From Acanthaster planci (taxonomy: Eukaryota): 64,000 nucleotides of DNA. The position numbers and the translations under genes are program-made. Of this stretch, positions 36,363 to 50,149 are shown one piece after another. Under the pieces are notes generated by a model. That model saw nothing but the letters and a program-made list of their open reading frames with translations, was not told the DNA's origin and did no database searches. Positions within the stretch are counted from its first letter, which is position 1; each line of letters begins with the position of its first letter. The DNA lies in NCBI RefSeq assembly GCF_001949145.1, contig NW_019091355.1, positions 2,958,646-3,022,645 on the forward strand. The letters run 5' to 3'.

Positions 36363-39300
36363 GTAAGAAATTCCAGCGGGGAACGAGAAGTTTGTAAAGT
36401 AACGGTGGTGAGGTGAAAACGTTGAGATGTCTCAGCCTCAACAAAGAAGAGTCAACTTTATGAGCCGTGAGTATCTAAAAAATCATTACGAAATTTAATG
36501 AAAGGGTTTTTTAAGGGGCTGAGAGTTGAGACTAAGCCAAGTACGCCTGCGGCACTAATTTTCCCTTGCAATTTTCAGATGCCTAACTGGACATCGCCGC
36601 AAGGCATTACGCAGTCAGTTTAGTTTGACTCTGTGCCAGTGCCGTCAAGGCCGTCGCAAATTAGGGTGTGAAATGTTTTCCCAGAGCTATCCTGAACATG
36701 CTGAATCCAGATGATGATTGATGGTTGATGAAGAAGATCTTTGGGGAGCTTGTTCCAGTCTAGAAATTGTCTTGGGATAAATTGGAAAAAAGGCTTTGTT
36801 TATCTAAACAGGTTGGTGGTGATGTCCTCTTTCATATCAGAAAGAAAAGAAAATAGGGCTTTCGGTTTTTGAGGGGAATTTTGGGTAAAATGGCAGCATA
36901 CATGACCTACCCAGAACTGTGGGGTCCGATATACGTTCTTCTCCCACGAACGTTCGTGGGAGAGGAGCAGACGTTGGACCCAAGAGTTCAGGGGTATACT
37001 TGACCATCCCAAAGAGATGTGAATGACGACAAATTAGCAAATGCAGTCTGGTTCTTTGACCTGGATGGATTTGTTTTGATGAATCCAAAATACCTGAGTT
37101 GGGTAACCAGACGAGAAACAAAGTGGCGTCATCCGACTGAATGGTTGTCTTCTGCCAAACTCGGGTTAGAAGTTTGTGGTTTTCTTGCTTTGGAAGTATT
37201 GTCAAAATTTGCCTAAACTAGGCCTGTCAGGATTGAGTAATGGTTCCTTTAGGTCAAAATGTGAGTTTTGAGAAAGTAGACCTTCGTTTCCTAATTATAG
37301 GAACAGGGTGCTAAAGATGTTGAACATTTAACATTGGATGGAAAGCAATTGCAACTTGATTTTAAAAAAAGTAGGCTAGTCATGCTAATAGCAATGCTAG
37401 AGTAGTGCTAGCCATAAAAAATGCACTTTTGAGCACCTTAAAAAAACACCACACCAGCATACATGTATTCAGAACCAAAGAACCTGGGTTTGACTTTGAG
37501 TCTGTTTCGGGGTTCCCAATCCCAGTTTTTCAGCTGTTTGTTCCCCGTGGCATGCAAAACTGTCCTTTATTTTTCAATCAACAAATGGAATCCAACTTGA
37601 AATGAGTTAAATGTGCTTTTTGTGAAATTTAGCTGATGTTAATGTTGCTGTTTGTGTGGCCATGACAATCTGACCAATGCTTTTGTGTTTATAATGACAT
37701 TACTTGATTCTAATAACGAACCAGGTCATATGAAATGCACGCTTCCTAATTGATTTTGCATGATCAGTTATGTTTTTATATTTGAACATTTCCTTGATAT
37801 CAGTAGAAAGGTAAATGTGTAATCAAGCTTCTCTTTATGTTGTTTGGATCTTGAAACATTATACATATGATTGTATTTGTTACATGTATTTATGTACATT
37901 CTGTTAGACAAGTGAAATTACAAAAAGTACGGTCTGCCCGTGGGATGCATGCCTATGACTACATGTATGAACACACCTCTTTAGACAACTTAATTGAAAC
38001 TAAACTGAACCAATAACATACATGTACGTCACAAGTGGTCTGCCCACTGTCTTTTTTTTTCAAACTGTTACAGGAAGTGCAGCATTGATGCACATCCTGA
38101 GTACCCCTGCACTATAGACTGTACACGTACGGTACATACTGCCCTCTATGGGGCTACCTTGTCAAATGTTACACATCCATCCACACATGCCCCTGGCTGC
38201 AGTCCATGTGGTTTGAACTTTGTGCCACTTGTGGTTTTGAGCAACGGCAGTAATGTTGCTTGGGATGTGTGGCGTACAATCTTTCCTGCACCACATTGAA
38301 GCGACAGTAAACCAATCCTTGTCTTTCTGTTTTGTTTTTTTTGCTCCAGTATTGAGAGTTTCCAAATTGTTCCTCAAAAATATGCGTACTTTACTTCAGG
38401 CTCATGCTGTCAAAATGGGGTACATGCAGGTCGGGAGACTGGAAGCATACATGTAGCTATTTTTTGTTGGGGGCCTTCTTGTAAACCCACCAGTAATAAA
38501 CTGTATAAATGTTTGAACATCTGTTCTTTCCATGCAAAAAAATTGAGCAAAGGTTACTGTTTTGTGTTTAATAGCTCCACGTTATTATCAATCATGGTGT
38601 TACCGTAAACCATACATAAGTGAAATAGTGCTATAAGAATATTTACAAAACCATGTGTTGTGGTCACGTGACTCCAACTTTCCATGTATGTAATTGAAGC
38701 ACACCATCTGCGCATTTATGACTGAAAATATTGAGACGCGGGCAAAATAAAGTTAAAGGTTTTTCGGTGCGGCTTTAATGTTGATGGCGGGGCCACCTGT
38801 TTTGACTGGCGGTGTGCACATCACTGGCTGCCCTAGCGAAATGTCACAGGGCACGCTGTCTATTGGTTGTGCATACAGTCATGAACACCAATTCCCTATT
38901 GATCTATATTCTGTGATGTTTCGCGTTGTACTTTCTCAGACCCTGCGGCTGCCAAGTGTGTGATTGCTTTAGTGCTAGTCTGGGCTTGACGAGTATGTAT
39001 ACATGTAGTTGCCTGGTTACAGAGTCTGTCCTGATTCAAGGAGCTTTATGTTATGGTTCAATGTAATGTGCACCTGGACTTTACGGTTGGTATATTCGTA
39101 CTGATGCATTGCAAGGTTTCTAGGTACATTACAGTGCATACATGTATCGCCGTCACCACTTAGAAATTGCCACCACGGTCTAGAGTGCTTGCAAGCATCA
39201 TTGTCAGTTTTATGTCAGGAAAGCAACGTTTTCAGCATTCAGTCGTCTTGAGGTAATGCATGGTGCACATTCCTAATTTAGCCAACCTTCTCGTTTCTTT

Positions 39301-39711
39301 CATTTGAACATGTTGCTGCCTTGTTGATTTATCCAAAAGTGTCACTCTCTCGTCACCCGTTGAAATGTCTGACCACGCATTTTTCCTACATGCTCATGAA
39401 CTGGCACATAGATGTGTCCTTTGAGTTCAAGTAGTACGTTCAACAGCTCTGCACTTTGAAATTGCATCAACGACCTGCTTTGACCTCAAAGAACAGTGTT
39501 GGAATTTTCTGCGGTTGAATGTACCGGTACACATGTATGTAAATTTTGTGAACTTTAAAAAAATTACAGGAGGAAATTGGGGCAGTTACATATTCGTACA
39601 TGTCCATATTGTACATGTACATATATGTACACATACATGTACATGGTCTCTCTATAAAATAGGGGTCCAATTTTTATCATGCCCGTCACATCCGACAAAT
39701 GATTTTGTAAG

Positions 39712-39946
39712 TGGGTAAGTCCAGAAATTAGGGATCCATTTTTTTTCATGCCCCTGTCACATCTGACATACAATTTTGTAAGTTCAGAACACATTTTCTA
39801 ATTTCCAAGAGTGATGAATTAATGCAAATTACCAGCCAAACAAATAGTAACAGTTTGAAATCAATTCCGGTGATATTTCCGTGTCAAATAACAAAGGTCA
39901 GATGTAACAGGGACACAGAAATGTCACACCTTTGGACCCCAAATTT
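39712..39946. mobile_element. MITE family M1 copy, preceded by a partial duplicate of its left end
   Basis: tgggtaagtccagaaattagggatcca...tggaccccaaattt; colinear with 62111-62359. Confidence 0.85.
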
Positions 39947-40218
39947 GTCGTATGACACACCATGTACATGTGCCAGTATTCCTGGATGCTTCTGTACAGC
40001 ACATAAATGTCATTGTCTCTTCTTTCTCAAGCATTGTATTTGTAAACTCGTTGAATTACCTGTTTTTAATAGCAACTATGCACGAGTTAGCTCTCATGCC
40101 CTCATGCATACATGTACATGCATGTACACCATGTACACATGTAAAGTGTGCACACAGTCGTTTTATTAATCAGATACAGTAGATCTACATAGTTCTCTGC
40201 GTACATGTACCAGTACAT

Positions 40219-41611
40219 CAGCGTTTTAGCTAGGGACCAGTTTTGTGAAATCACGGCCCATTTTGTCTAGCACGGCATGGCGGTGCAAATCAAGCCGTGC
40301 ACTACTTAATTTGACGCTTGTGTAATCTAGATCCCAAAAATGTGCAAATAAAATCTGAGATAAAATTCAGTCATTTCCCATGCTTTTTCCCCCATCAACT
40401 AAGTTCAAAATAGAAAATGCGCTGCAGTAAAGTACACGATTGTACACTGGGACTACGGTTCAGACGTTTGGTTCAAGCGTATCAACGTCAGCAGGCAGGT
40501 TCCCTTACTTACAAATAATAAACTACATCACCGTATCTATCAACTTGTAACAAAATGAAATACAGGGAGCCGTACTTGTTCACCATTAATCGATCATACA
40601 TGTTATCAACCTCATTCCCATGATGATCGTTAGTCGCCATATTGCGCCCAGTCATGCTAGCACTCAAGGTACATGTAGTCCGTGGGGACAAGGTTGACAT
40701 ATAATGGTTTTGGGGCTTGCGCTGCGTGTTCACTATATCATCCAGAATAAAACAAAAACAACGGATTTCTTCTCGAAGGCAAGGGCTGACCTTCACGTTA
40801 CACTTGTTATTGTCAATAATCAGCATAAAGCTTGTTTAGGTTCTTCTACCGTAACGATGGAAAAATTGTCGAACTCTTCCGATGCCATGTTCAGACTCGT
40901 GCACAAGCGCGAGCAGGTGGCCTGCCTGTGGTGTACATGGATGCGTGTACAGTGTGCATGTACACACACTATGCATGCACAACATGTATTCTTTCATCCA
41001 CCTTGAAGTCAAGTCTTGCACTCAATTTGCTTGTTAGCCAATTTGCCAAAGGAAATATGCATACATGAATACTGGGGTTCATTTTGTAGCATTATTTATT
41101 TTCGTTTGCTTATCAGCTAATAATCTGAATGCACTGTATTGCAAACAAAAAGGTACCAAAACGTGCGGTGTCAAGTACTGACCTGCATTACGTAGTGCCT
41201 GCATACCATTTTTTTTAAACAAAATGAAGGAGTTATGAGAAATTTGTTCAAAGATGTTCGTCATTGTTCGCTTCTTTGTTGCAGGGCTGTTTAATCACAC
41301 TATATAAAAGAAGAATTACACACAGTTTTACAATTTAATTTTTTTCTAAAAGCTGGGGGTTTTTTGTTCAAAAAGGCAAAACCCTCATGAAAAAATGTCA
41401 GAAATTCATCAGAGACCACCAGAGAGCATCTAAAATAGGCACAGCTTCCAGGGCCCTTACACAGGCCCTGGATCCCGGCTGTAAGGGACTTCGCGCTGCG
41501 CGCTCGTGTTGCGTGCTTCAAGTTCGCACACAAATTTTGGATTCTAACAAGATTACACTTCCCTGTTTTTCATTTTGCACTCCCACTTGTCAAACCCTAG
41601 CTAAAACACTG
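40219..41611. mobile_element. Non-autonomous hAT transposon, 1393 bp
   Basis: 17-bp TIRs (cagcgttttagctaggg / ccctagctaaaacactg, one mismatch) and a perfect 8-bp TSD CAGTACAT at 40211-40218 and 41612-41619. Confidence 0.9.
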
Positions 41612-43739
41612 CAGTACATACATGTGTATGCACGATGAATTTTAAACCGCAGCATTTTGGAAAACATACCTTGAAAGTGGATTATATCAGGACCTGAAAG
41701 AGAAATGCTGCTAGTGCAGTGAAACTGCAGGTATTTTGCTCAAATTTGGCGTGTTTGTCAGGCTGTTCGATGGGTAGAGTTCCATTCACGACAGTCAGTC
41801 ACCAGCCCACGAGGGCAAGGTTGCGTTTTACGTCAGGGACCGGGAAAACAGAAGTGACGAGGCACTTCCCACAGGGCGAGCAAAGCTCAGCTCAGCTCGG
41901 CCTGTCATGGTTAGCTGCAGTAATTGTCAGTCTTGTGGGTGTAATTTGTCAGACAAATCACAACACGTTGGAGTAATGATTCATATCGGTTGACAGTTAA
42001 ACTATGAGAAGGAACAATGTCCTGAACTGAAAAAAAGCGTTTCCTAGACGGAGGTACATACACGTAGTTTTCAAAATTAGATTACAATTTTTTCTTGTCC
42101 TGTTACGGACTTGTGTGAATACATGTACATACTGCTACATGTATTTCAGTTAATTTCGTTCTTTTTCTTCAAACTCATGGCCCTTAGTCGAGGAAAAACT
42201 ATGTTTGAGTGATAACTTTCAAAACCCTTACCAAGTAAATTCAGTGTTCTCTACGAAGGGTTTAAGTTTAGACTGCCCTGCTAAAGTTCCGCCACCCCGC
42301 CAAATTCTCACCACCCTGCTATTTTTTTCCGTTGGATTTTCCCTATTCTCCACCATCTGCACACTTTACCAATATCTAAATGCAAAGAAGTTTACCGCAC
42401 TCTATGGAACAAACAAGATGAGTTTGCCATCATTATTCAGCACAACGGAAAAGTACTACGCACAATTTGTGATCAGTGCCAGATGCAGTAGGCCTATAAT
42501 TACAAAAGCACAAACTTGGACTGGTTCCAATCTCCCGGTCGTAGCATTTTTCATTTTGTTGCATCAAGAACCAATACCTCGAATGCGTTGTTTTTTTCTC
42601 GGAAAATGCAGCCAATTTCCTACATGTACTGCCAGATTTTTCCTAGATCTGGATCGCTTGAAATAAAATTTCTAGAATTTCTGCTTCTAAAACCACATGT
42701 GTTTTACATTCTCAAACAAGTTCAGGTGAAATATAAGCTTCTTGTACAAAATTTTTGATTCATAAAACATCTGGAAAAGAAATTTTTTACCAACTAGATT
42801 TCCGTCTCAAACTACGACATTTTTGAATGGTTTGTCAAAAATCACGAAAGCCCCCAAAAACCATGTGATAAGTCATTCTGTACGTGTGATTCCAATACTT
42901 AATTATACTTAACATGCTCAACAGTCCCATAAACGTTTGCGTCTAATGAATGTTTAATCAAAAGGACTTGTGGAGTTTCCGGTTTTGGTAAATTGGCTAA
43001 AAACTGCCTAGTTGTGGATTACACTGGAAGTGCACATACAGTACATGCATTGCAAACTCAACTACTGTACATGGGCGTAACAGAAATGTATATGTACGTG
43101 ACATAATGGGTTTGTCAAGTGCAGTGCGGGGGATAGTCGCTGATTGCTTGCAGTATGGCTGAAAAACTTGAGTCAAAACTTACACAAGTTTCACTTGTTA
43201 ATTCACTGAAATTGTTATTTATGAATTATTTTCTCGAAATCAAGAAATTCTTAATTAGAAATCATTTTGCTACAATGGCTCTAGCTGACTTTTTATTCGA
43301 GAAAAAAATTGTCTCTATTCGGAACCGGTTAAACCGACTCAGAACTGGAAGTGTTGTCACTTCTGACGATCCCGTAAGTCCAGATTAAAAGCTCAGATCT
43401 TTAAAGTGACTTTGTAGTTTTTCCAATACACGAGGTGGACGACTGACCATATTTCACCGGAATTATAGGATTTTGTCGCTGGCATCTGACCATGGAGTTA
43501 TTTTTGAGATCCAGAATGAGAGAAGTGACTGTATATCATCCACTTTCACTGCGCCAAGATACATGTACGTACCGGTACATGTAATCCTGAACCATCCGCG
43601 TAATGGCGAGTTCCGATCAGTAAAAAAAAGAAAATGCCCCATGGAAAAAATAATCAACTTTTGATCACCCCCCAATAACAATCTTGCCTTCATTTCAACA
43701 CGAGCAAATTTGATTCCAAGAGTCTAGAGAAAATGCCTA

Positions 43740-43895
43740 GGAAACACATATACCTCAGATTGCACCGCAGAGCATCTAGAATCCAAAATTTCCCGGGGCC
43801 CATGCCACGCCGTAATAGCTTTGCGCTCCTCGCTCGCATTATGTGCCGCCCTGCTATAATTTCAGGCTGCTGAGATTGCAGTTCTGTTGAAACAA
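43740..43895 (+). repeat. Dispersed repeat related to the hAT subterminal sequence at 41420-41530
   Basis: Shared cagagcatct..aat, ggccc and ttcgcgct/ctcgctcg motifs. Confidence 0.5.
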
Positions 43896-46800
43896 ACGTA
43901 TATGTACATGTGTACTGGTACAAGTACATTGTGTACAAGTATGCATGCATGTGTAGCCTGTTGTATGTTATGTACATGTACAGTACCCGTGCTGACCTTG
44001 CAAGCCATGTACAATTGTTCGTAACGTAACGTTAAATTCTAATGACTGAAGTTCAAGTACGAGTAGATGTGATATTGCATGACTGTATGGACAAATAATT
44101 ATTTACAATGTAATTAACATGTGTAATGCTTAATAGTCTATGAAATATACATGTATGTATACCAAAAACGTTGTACATGTACATGATATCAACTGATCCG
44201 TTAAAAACATAAAAAGTGATGGCTTATGGTGCACAACTTAAGGATGCTGGCACAGCAAGGAGTCGTCGAAGCTGAATCTCATCAAAGAAAAAAAATACAT
44301 GAAATTGTAATCAGGAGTACCGGTAACCAAGACAATGTACTCTCTTACCTACACGTATGTACCTGCACCCTTTACCATGTTTACAGCAAAAAGACCTTGA
44401 AAAATGATTTCTAACGAGGGTGTGAGAATTCCGTTTTTCAGCTGATTTTACATGTAGCTCTTGTTGTTTAGATTTTTACTCTGAATTTCAACTTTTTTGC
44501 CCACCTGCTCTGTGCAAAACGACAGGGACTTTGCTCAGTTTCAGCTTTTTGCTTGCCGTTCTCAGCTTTTTTGTGTCAGTCTTGAAAGAGTATGCCTGGC
44601 AGTAATTTGAGAGCAGAAGTTGTATAAAACTGGTAGCAGTGTGTGGTTTACGGGTACTTGACAGCTGTTCGTTGCTGCTGTTGCTGAATGGCAAATATTG
44701 ACTAAATTTGGCCACAAACTCGACCAACCGTCAAGGGAAAAAAAAGGTACACAGTACTGTACCAAAAAGTACTGTTAAAAGGGGCTGCATTTAGCGGAAG
44801 GTTTTGCTGATCAGAATTTGACAGCTGAAAACTGATACGATAGTCCTGGGTGCACTGTCTAGTTGAAGTTCCTATTAAGCTGCTAATTTGGGAGAGACCA
44901 GCAACCAGGTATGAGTGGCTACCATTGATGCAGCTACCCGTTCATCATCTGGTATGTTTACTAGGTACGCTCCACGGAGTAGTGCATGCATGTGTGACGG
45001 GCTGGTGATACCCGGCATCAGCTGTATATACGGTACATTGCTGTACTGCCTTGCGTGCTTGTCCGTTATGTATGGTGGGGAAATTACCAGGTACACGTAT
45101 TTGCATGTTGCTGTGCACTGCACATTAAATGGAACATGTACATGTACCTGCTGCAAAGGGTTAGCAATTCTGAAAAGAGGAAGATTTCCTCTCTGCGTAT
45201 AGAGGAATCTTTGTAGAAAGCATCGTATATTTGCCTGTTTGCAAGCTTTACCTCATGAGGAAGTTGGTCGCCAGATACCGGTATGTTGGAAGGAGTTTGT
45301 GCATACGGTACCTTTTCTACGGTGGCCATTGAGATCGTTCCAGCTGTCATGTTGAACTCCTGGAGGATGACCACCAACTCCTCTTGACCCGATATCCTGG
45401 GATAACTCATTAGTTACCTCACATACCCCATAGATCTGGTAAAATGCGGACTGAAATTTAGGCGCACTGTTGGCGATGCACAGTACCTCCATTGCTCCTG
45501 TGAAATGCCCTGTGTGATTCATACAAGAGAAAACTCCTCTATTACTGCATAAACTGCCGTACAGATGGGAAAGTACTGTACTCCCATGTTTCTTTGGATT
45601 TGTGGACTGTGTTGACCGTGGATCCTAGAGAAGGTCAGCACCCACCATGCCAGTGTAATCTTTGTGGTGCATCGGTCATTTTTTTAAAACGTTGGATCAC
45701 ATTGAGTGTGTCTGATGGGCAATTTTTCACCGGCCTGGAGTCACCGGTATATGCACCTGTACACTATGTACATGTACGTCGTGCTGTAAAAGGTAATAAC
45801 CTGCTGGGTTCAGTTATCTTTGTTTCTGAAATCCAGGAAGATCAAACGTTCACTTGAATTCCTTCCTGTTGGAGATAAGCTCTCTGTTTTAGGCTGTTCC
45901 TTTTTTTTAAATATATATTTGTCACTTTGAGTGGCCCACTTCATACACTGTACCGTTACATCCGACCAGTAGTATTGAAACTACTGCTTGATCAAGCACA
46001 TGGAACGCTCTTGAATCCAAGGAGTCCTTTTTTTGAAATACATTTCTGAAACTTTGGGTGGTGGTGCTCCGTATGGAAAGCCTCCCTACATGCACCCCCA
46101 ATGTGGTTGATCATGTCCACAAGTCGGTCCTCGATTGGTGTTTTTGACTGGAAGTTCATGTATGTAAATTACGCCCAGTGAGCTTTGTATTGCCTTCAAT
46201 TCAGCAACTAAAAAGTCACTGTACTCCTGACTTCTGGCACTGGATCCAGCGATAATTGTTACGTGGATCAGTTTACAACGCTACAGCTTAAGATAGTTGG
46301 ATTATCCGCGGAGCCACCATGCACCCCTGTTTGACCCCAGAGGACCAATCTATAGTCAGGACTGCGGAGACAGTTATTATCAGTCCCCCCCCCTCCAGAG
46401 TGAGTGGAAAGTTGAGTGGAGCACAATAGATTAATTCGGTGATCGCTATTGTGCAAGGATCCGTGTGGATTTGGACAGGACCAAAGAAGCAGGGGAGTGT
46501 GTCTACGTCAGTGGCATGCACTGTTGCACAAGGTACAATACTCGACCCTTTTCTGAGGGGGTTTGGCCGCCAGTGTGTGTGCATGCAGAAACAGTGCAGC
46601 CAGCAGGGCAGATTTTTCCAATTTTCCATCGAAAAGGGTAGGAAAACAGCAAGATATAAATAGCTGGGTTGAGCGGTCACGCCCACGTGTGGGCGTAGAT
46701 GAGAATTAGCTATTGGTTCACTTGAACTGCAGTAGTCCTGATTTGTTTGACCAGAATATACCAGTCACGAGTCCGATAGCACGGCATCATGTGTGTTGTG

Positions 46801-49662
46801 TCTGGGCATAGCAGTTTCACTGTGGCAAGTGTACATGTACGTTGTGTGTACATGTATTCAAGGAAGCATTTTTTGGGGCCTTATGTACTTTTCCAGATGG
46901 CTTTGCATTTGGAGCTAATGTACAGTATGTAAATCATTTCTGAAGTAAAGTGAACCGCACTCCATCATCTGGAGACTTACAGTGCACATCATTTCTTGAG
47001 GACCTGCTTGGACCTTACAGCATACATGTACACCACCCTGCAAGTGATCAGTCACCCAGCAGTCATAGGATACTTCACTCCATCATCGCTCGGTTATCAT
47101 GAACTACCAGCCCACACGATGCGTAAAACAAGTTGGAAATGCTGGATTTGAAACCTGCCGTGAGTAGTGTGGCATGGAACATTTCAGCATTGTGAAAACT
47201 AAGGATAAGTTACATGTACATGTACACTCTATGGAATGGACTGTTCCATAGTCTACTGTATTGTCCAAGGAGCATGTTGCCCACCCTTCTGTTACACCTG
47301 CACATCTTTTGAGTGATTGGTCTTGGTTGCCTAGTCACATTCCATTCTGCTCGGCCCCTGGCAAGAATTCGGCTACTAAAATGTGACAATCCGGTGTCAA
47401 AGTTCTTTCTCGCATCTGGGCTACCTCCATCAGCTCAGTGAAATACATGCACTTCTCAACTTGCGCAGATGAAAAATATGCAAGCAGTTGTTTTACCGTT
47501 TCGTGTGGGGATATTTACATACATCGGCATATATGCTCTGCCTTGAGTGGCTTTTCCAAGCACTGTGACATTGAACGCTTCACTGGATATGCCAGCAGTT
47601 ATTTCCGTCTGTTGTTGAGTGGGTACATGGATGGAGCCAATACCGAATGATGCCCTTGAAACTGTCTGTTCCACTTAAGTGACTTGAGTTTCCCATTTTC
47701 TGTGGTTATTACTCTCGATCCTGAGTTTTGGAAAGAGTCAAGTACCACCTTTCAAAAGTACATCAGACGTTACATGTACCAACATATTTTTTGTTTACTC
47801 GTAAGAAGTGTCTACAGGTCATCAGTGGTGGAAACAGGCGAGCCGTTCATATCAAACAAAGGCATGCAGGATGTTTTGATGTGGAACCAAGCTTGACTCT
47901 TTTAAAGCACTTTAAATGCTGCATGCAAGCCCAACGGACCCGTTGACTTGTTCTTCACTTTATCAAGTCAGAAAGTGGACCTGGGTTGTTCCGCTGCGTT
48001 CACCTCTTAAAAACCAGCAGTCGTTCATGGAAGTATGGCGGAGTTCTAGTTGGCATCACTGACTCGAACAGATTTCATCATTGCAGTTGGTAATCTTGCG
48101 GAGCCAGTCTTATGCATCATGACAGACAGGTGGGTTTTTTACAGGACTGAATTGCAAACAGTGCTGGGCAATTCCTTTCAGTAGTCTTGTTGATTTTGTT
48201 CACATGTTGTCTCCATTTAAAAATATTTACCGTACTGTATATCAATAGCTGTACTATACAACTTTCTCACCGGCTCTATTAACATATTTTGTCACATATG
48301 TTATATTTTCACTGGTAATTTCTACTGTGCACGTTATCTGTATTAACAGCACAGTTGCCAAAAAAGTGCTAGCTACGCATAGAAACCTGTGTATTTGGAT
48401 GGGCGTGTGTGCAATGCAGTCCTCAACAAATGAGACACGATTTACTACACGTACTTTGCTTAGGAAAGAAAAAGAAAAAAAACGGAGAACGTAAGAAGAT
48501 TCCCCATTCAAAGCACTTGAGGGCGTGAAGGATCAGTTTGGATACTATTTTTAGGGTGCCATTCTCTACAGATGACGTTTGGAGAGGTCTGAGGATACTC
48601 TGGGCCGAATTCCCGGCCGGCGATGACAGAATTTTGATCAAGAAGAACAGGGAGGGGGGGACTCTATGTGTGACTGGTCTGCCAGCGTGTGCAGGATTCA
48701 GCCAAGATCCCGCTGAAGAGTGTCGCGGGATGAGAGTTCATTGCAATCACTACGAGGCTGGAAAATACATGTATGTCTGGGGTTGCTGTCTCGTTTGCAG
48801 GAGGTCTTCTTGACATGGTGAAGATTGTTCATCTCTGGTACTAATTGGCACTCACAGTTTTAGCTTGGAAGGATACTCAGTGAGGGTGTTGGAAAGACTG
48901 AAGTTTCTGGTACTCGCTCTTACGTGGAATAAATACGTACACATACCGAACAAGGTTCCAGCTGTTAAATTTTTAATTCAGCAAAAATTTCAACTGAACA
49001 CACATTTGTTTGTTGTTGTTTTTTTTCTTGTTTTTAGCCAGTGCTAAATGCAACTTGTTTCTTGTCAGTTGCTGGGGATTTTAGCCAGAGTTTGTAAATA
49101 TTTGCCATTTGGCGACCGTGACTATAGACAGCACAAACCCCTACAGATCTGCATCTTTGTAAATTAAACGACTCAGGAAGCAAAGTTTGTTTTTTTATTG
49201 AAATTGTGCTAAAAATGCCAAAATCCAAGGATGACATTTTCATCTTGTTCGTGAAACTAACATCAGCCACTAGCCGTGTGGTTTACATCCGCGTATAGTC
49301 AGCCAAAAAGGTTTTTTTGGGGGGACAAATTCCAATAAATGGATATACCAATATCTGTAATTACCGGGAGGAACTCAGTATTTCTTCACAAATGGAAATA
49401 CCACTAGCTTACAGTTAAACCAGTGGGTGTTTATTTTTTTCTTCAGTGTTCACATTGTGTACATGTACATGCGCAACCTTGGAGACCACGTTTAGTCGGC
49501 AAGGATGTATTCATCCACAGAGCAGCCTTGAGTCAAAGCTCAAAGTCATTAGTAACTTCCTACCGGTATGCGTGGGCCCATCCACGCCACGGGCATTGGT
49601 TCAGCGCAGCCTTGTTTCTTGCCTTACCACCAGAAAGTCATAACCACCAAAAAGTTCTGTAT

Positions 49663-49885
49663 TGGGTAATTCCAGAAATTAGGGTTCCAAAAGTGTGACA
49701 TTTTCATGTCCGTGTTACCAGTGCGTGTACATCTGACCTTTGTTATTTGATAGGGAAACATCGCTGGAATTGATTTAAACGATTCCTCTTTGTTTGGCAG
49801 GTACTAGTACATGTACATGTAATTTGCATTAATTCATCACTCTTGGAAATTGGAGTGTGTTCTGGACTTATAATTGGAATTACCC
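49663..49885. mobile_element. MITE family M1 copy
   Basis: tgggtaattccagaaattagggttcca...ggaattaccc; colinear with 60201-60457 but with an internal deletion. Confidence 0.85.
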
Positions 49886-50000
49886 TATTATCTTTGCCTG
49901 CCCTTCGTGTAGGGCCCTACCGTATTGTACAATGTACATGTACATACCGGGTACTTGTAATTCCCGCATACTGTAGTAGGCATGGATTATCCTCTAGTAG

Positions 50001-50149
50001 CCTCTGGTACACAGAGCCTCTGGTACACAGAACCTCTGCTACACAGAGCCTCTGGTACACAGAACCTCTGCTACACAGAGCCTCTGGTACACAGAACCTC
50101 TGGTACACAGAACCTCTGGTACACAGAACCTCTGGTACACAGAGCCTCT
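50001..50149. repeat. Minisatellite, 16-bp unit CCTCTG(G/C)TACACAGA(A/G), about 9 copies
   Basis: Direct reading; it explains the 16-aa periodic ORFs at 49843-50299. Confidence 0.95.

Noticed and set aside
30540..38155. Recurrent AGAGGGCGC/AGAGGGCAG motifs as CTCF sites (about 30545, 35260, 36262, 38140)
   Set aside because: Only partial matches to the core; not supportable without a matrix scan or ChIP data.
45084..45522. Overlapping minus-strand ORFs of 108 and 89 aa
   Set aside because: No recognisable domain or convincing splice structure.
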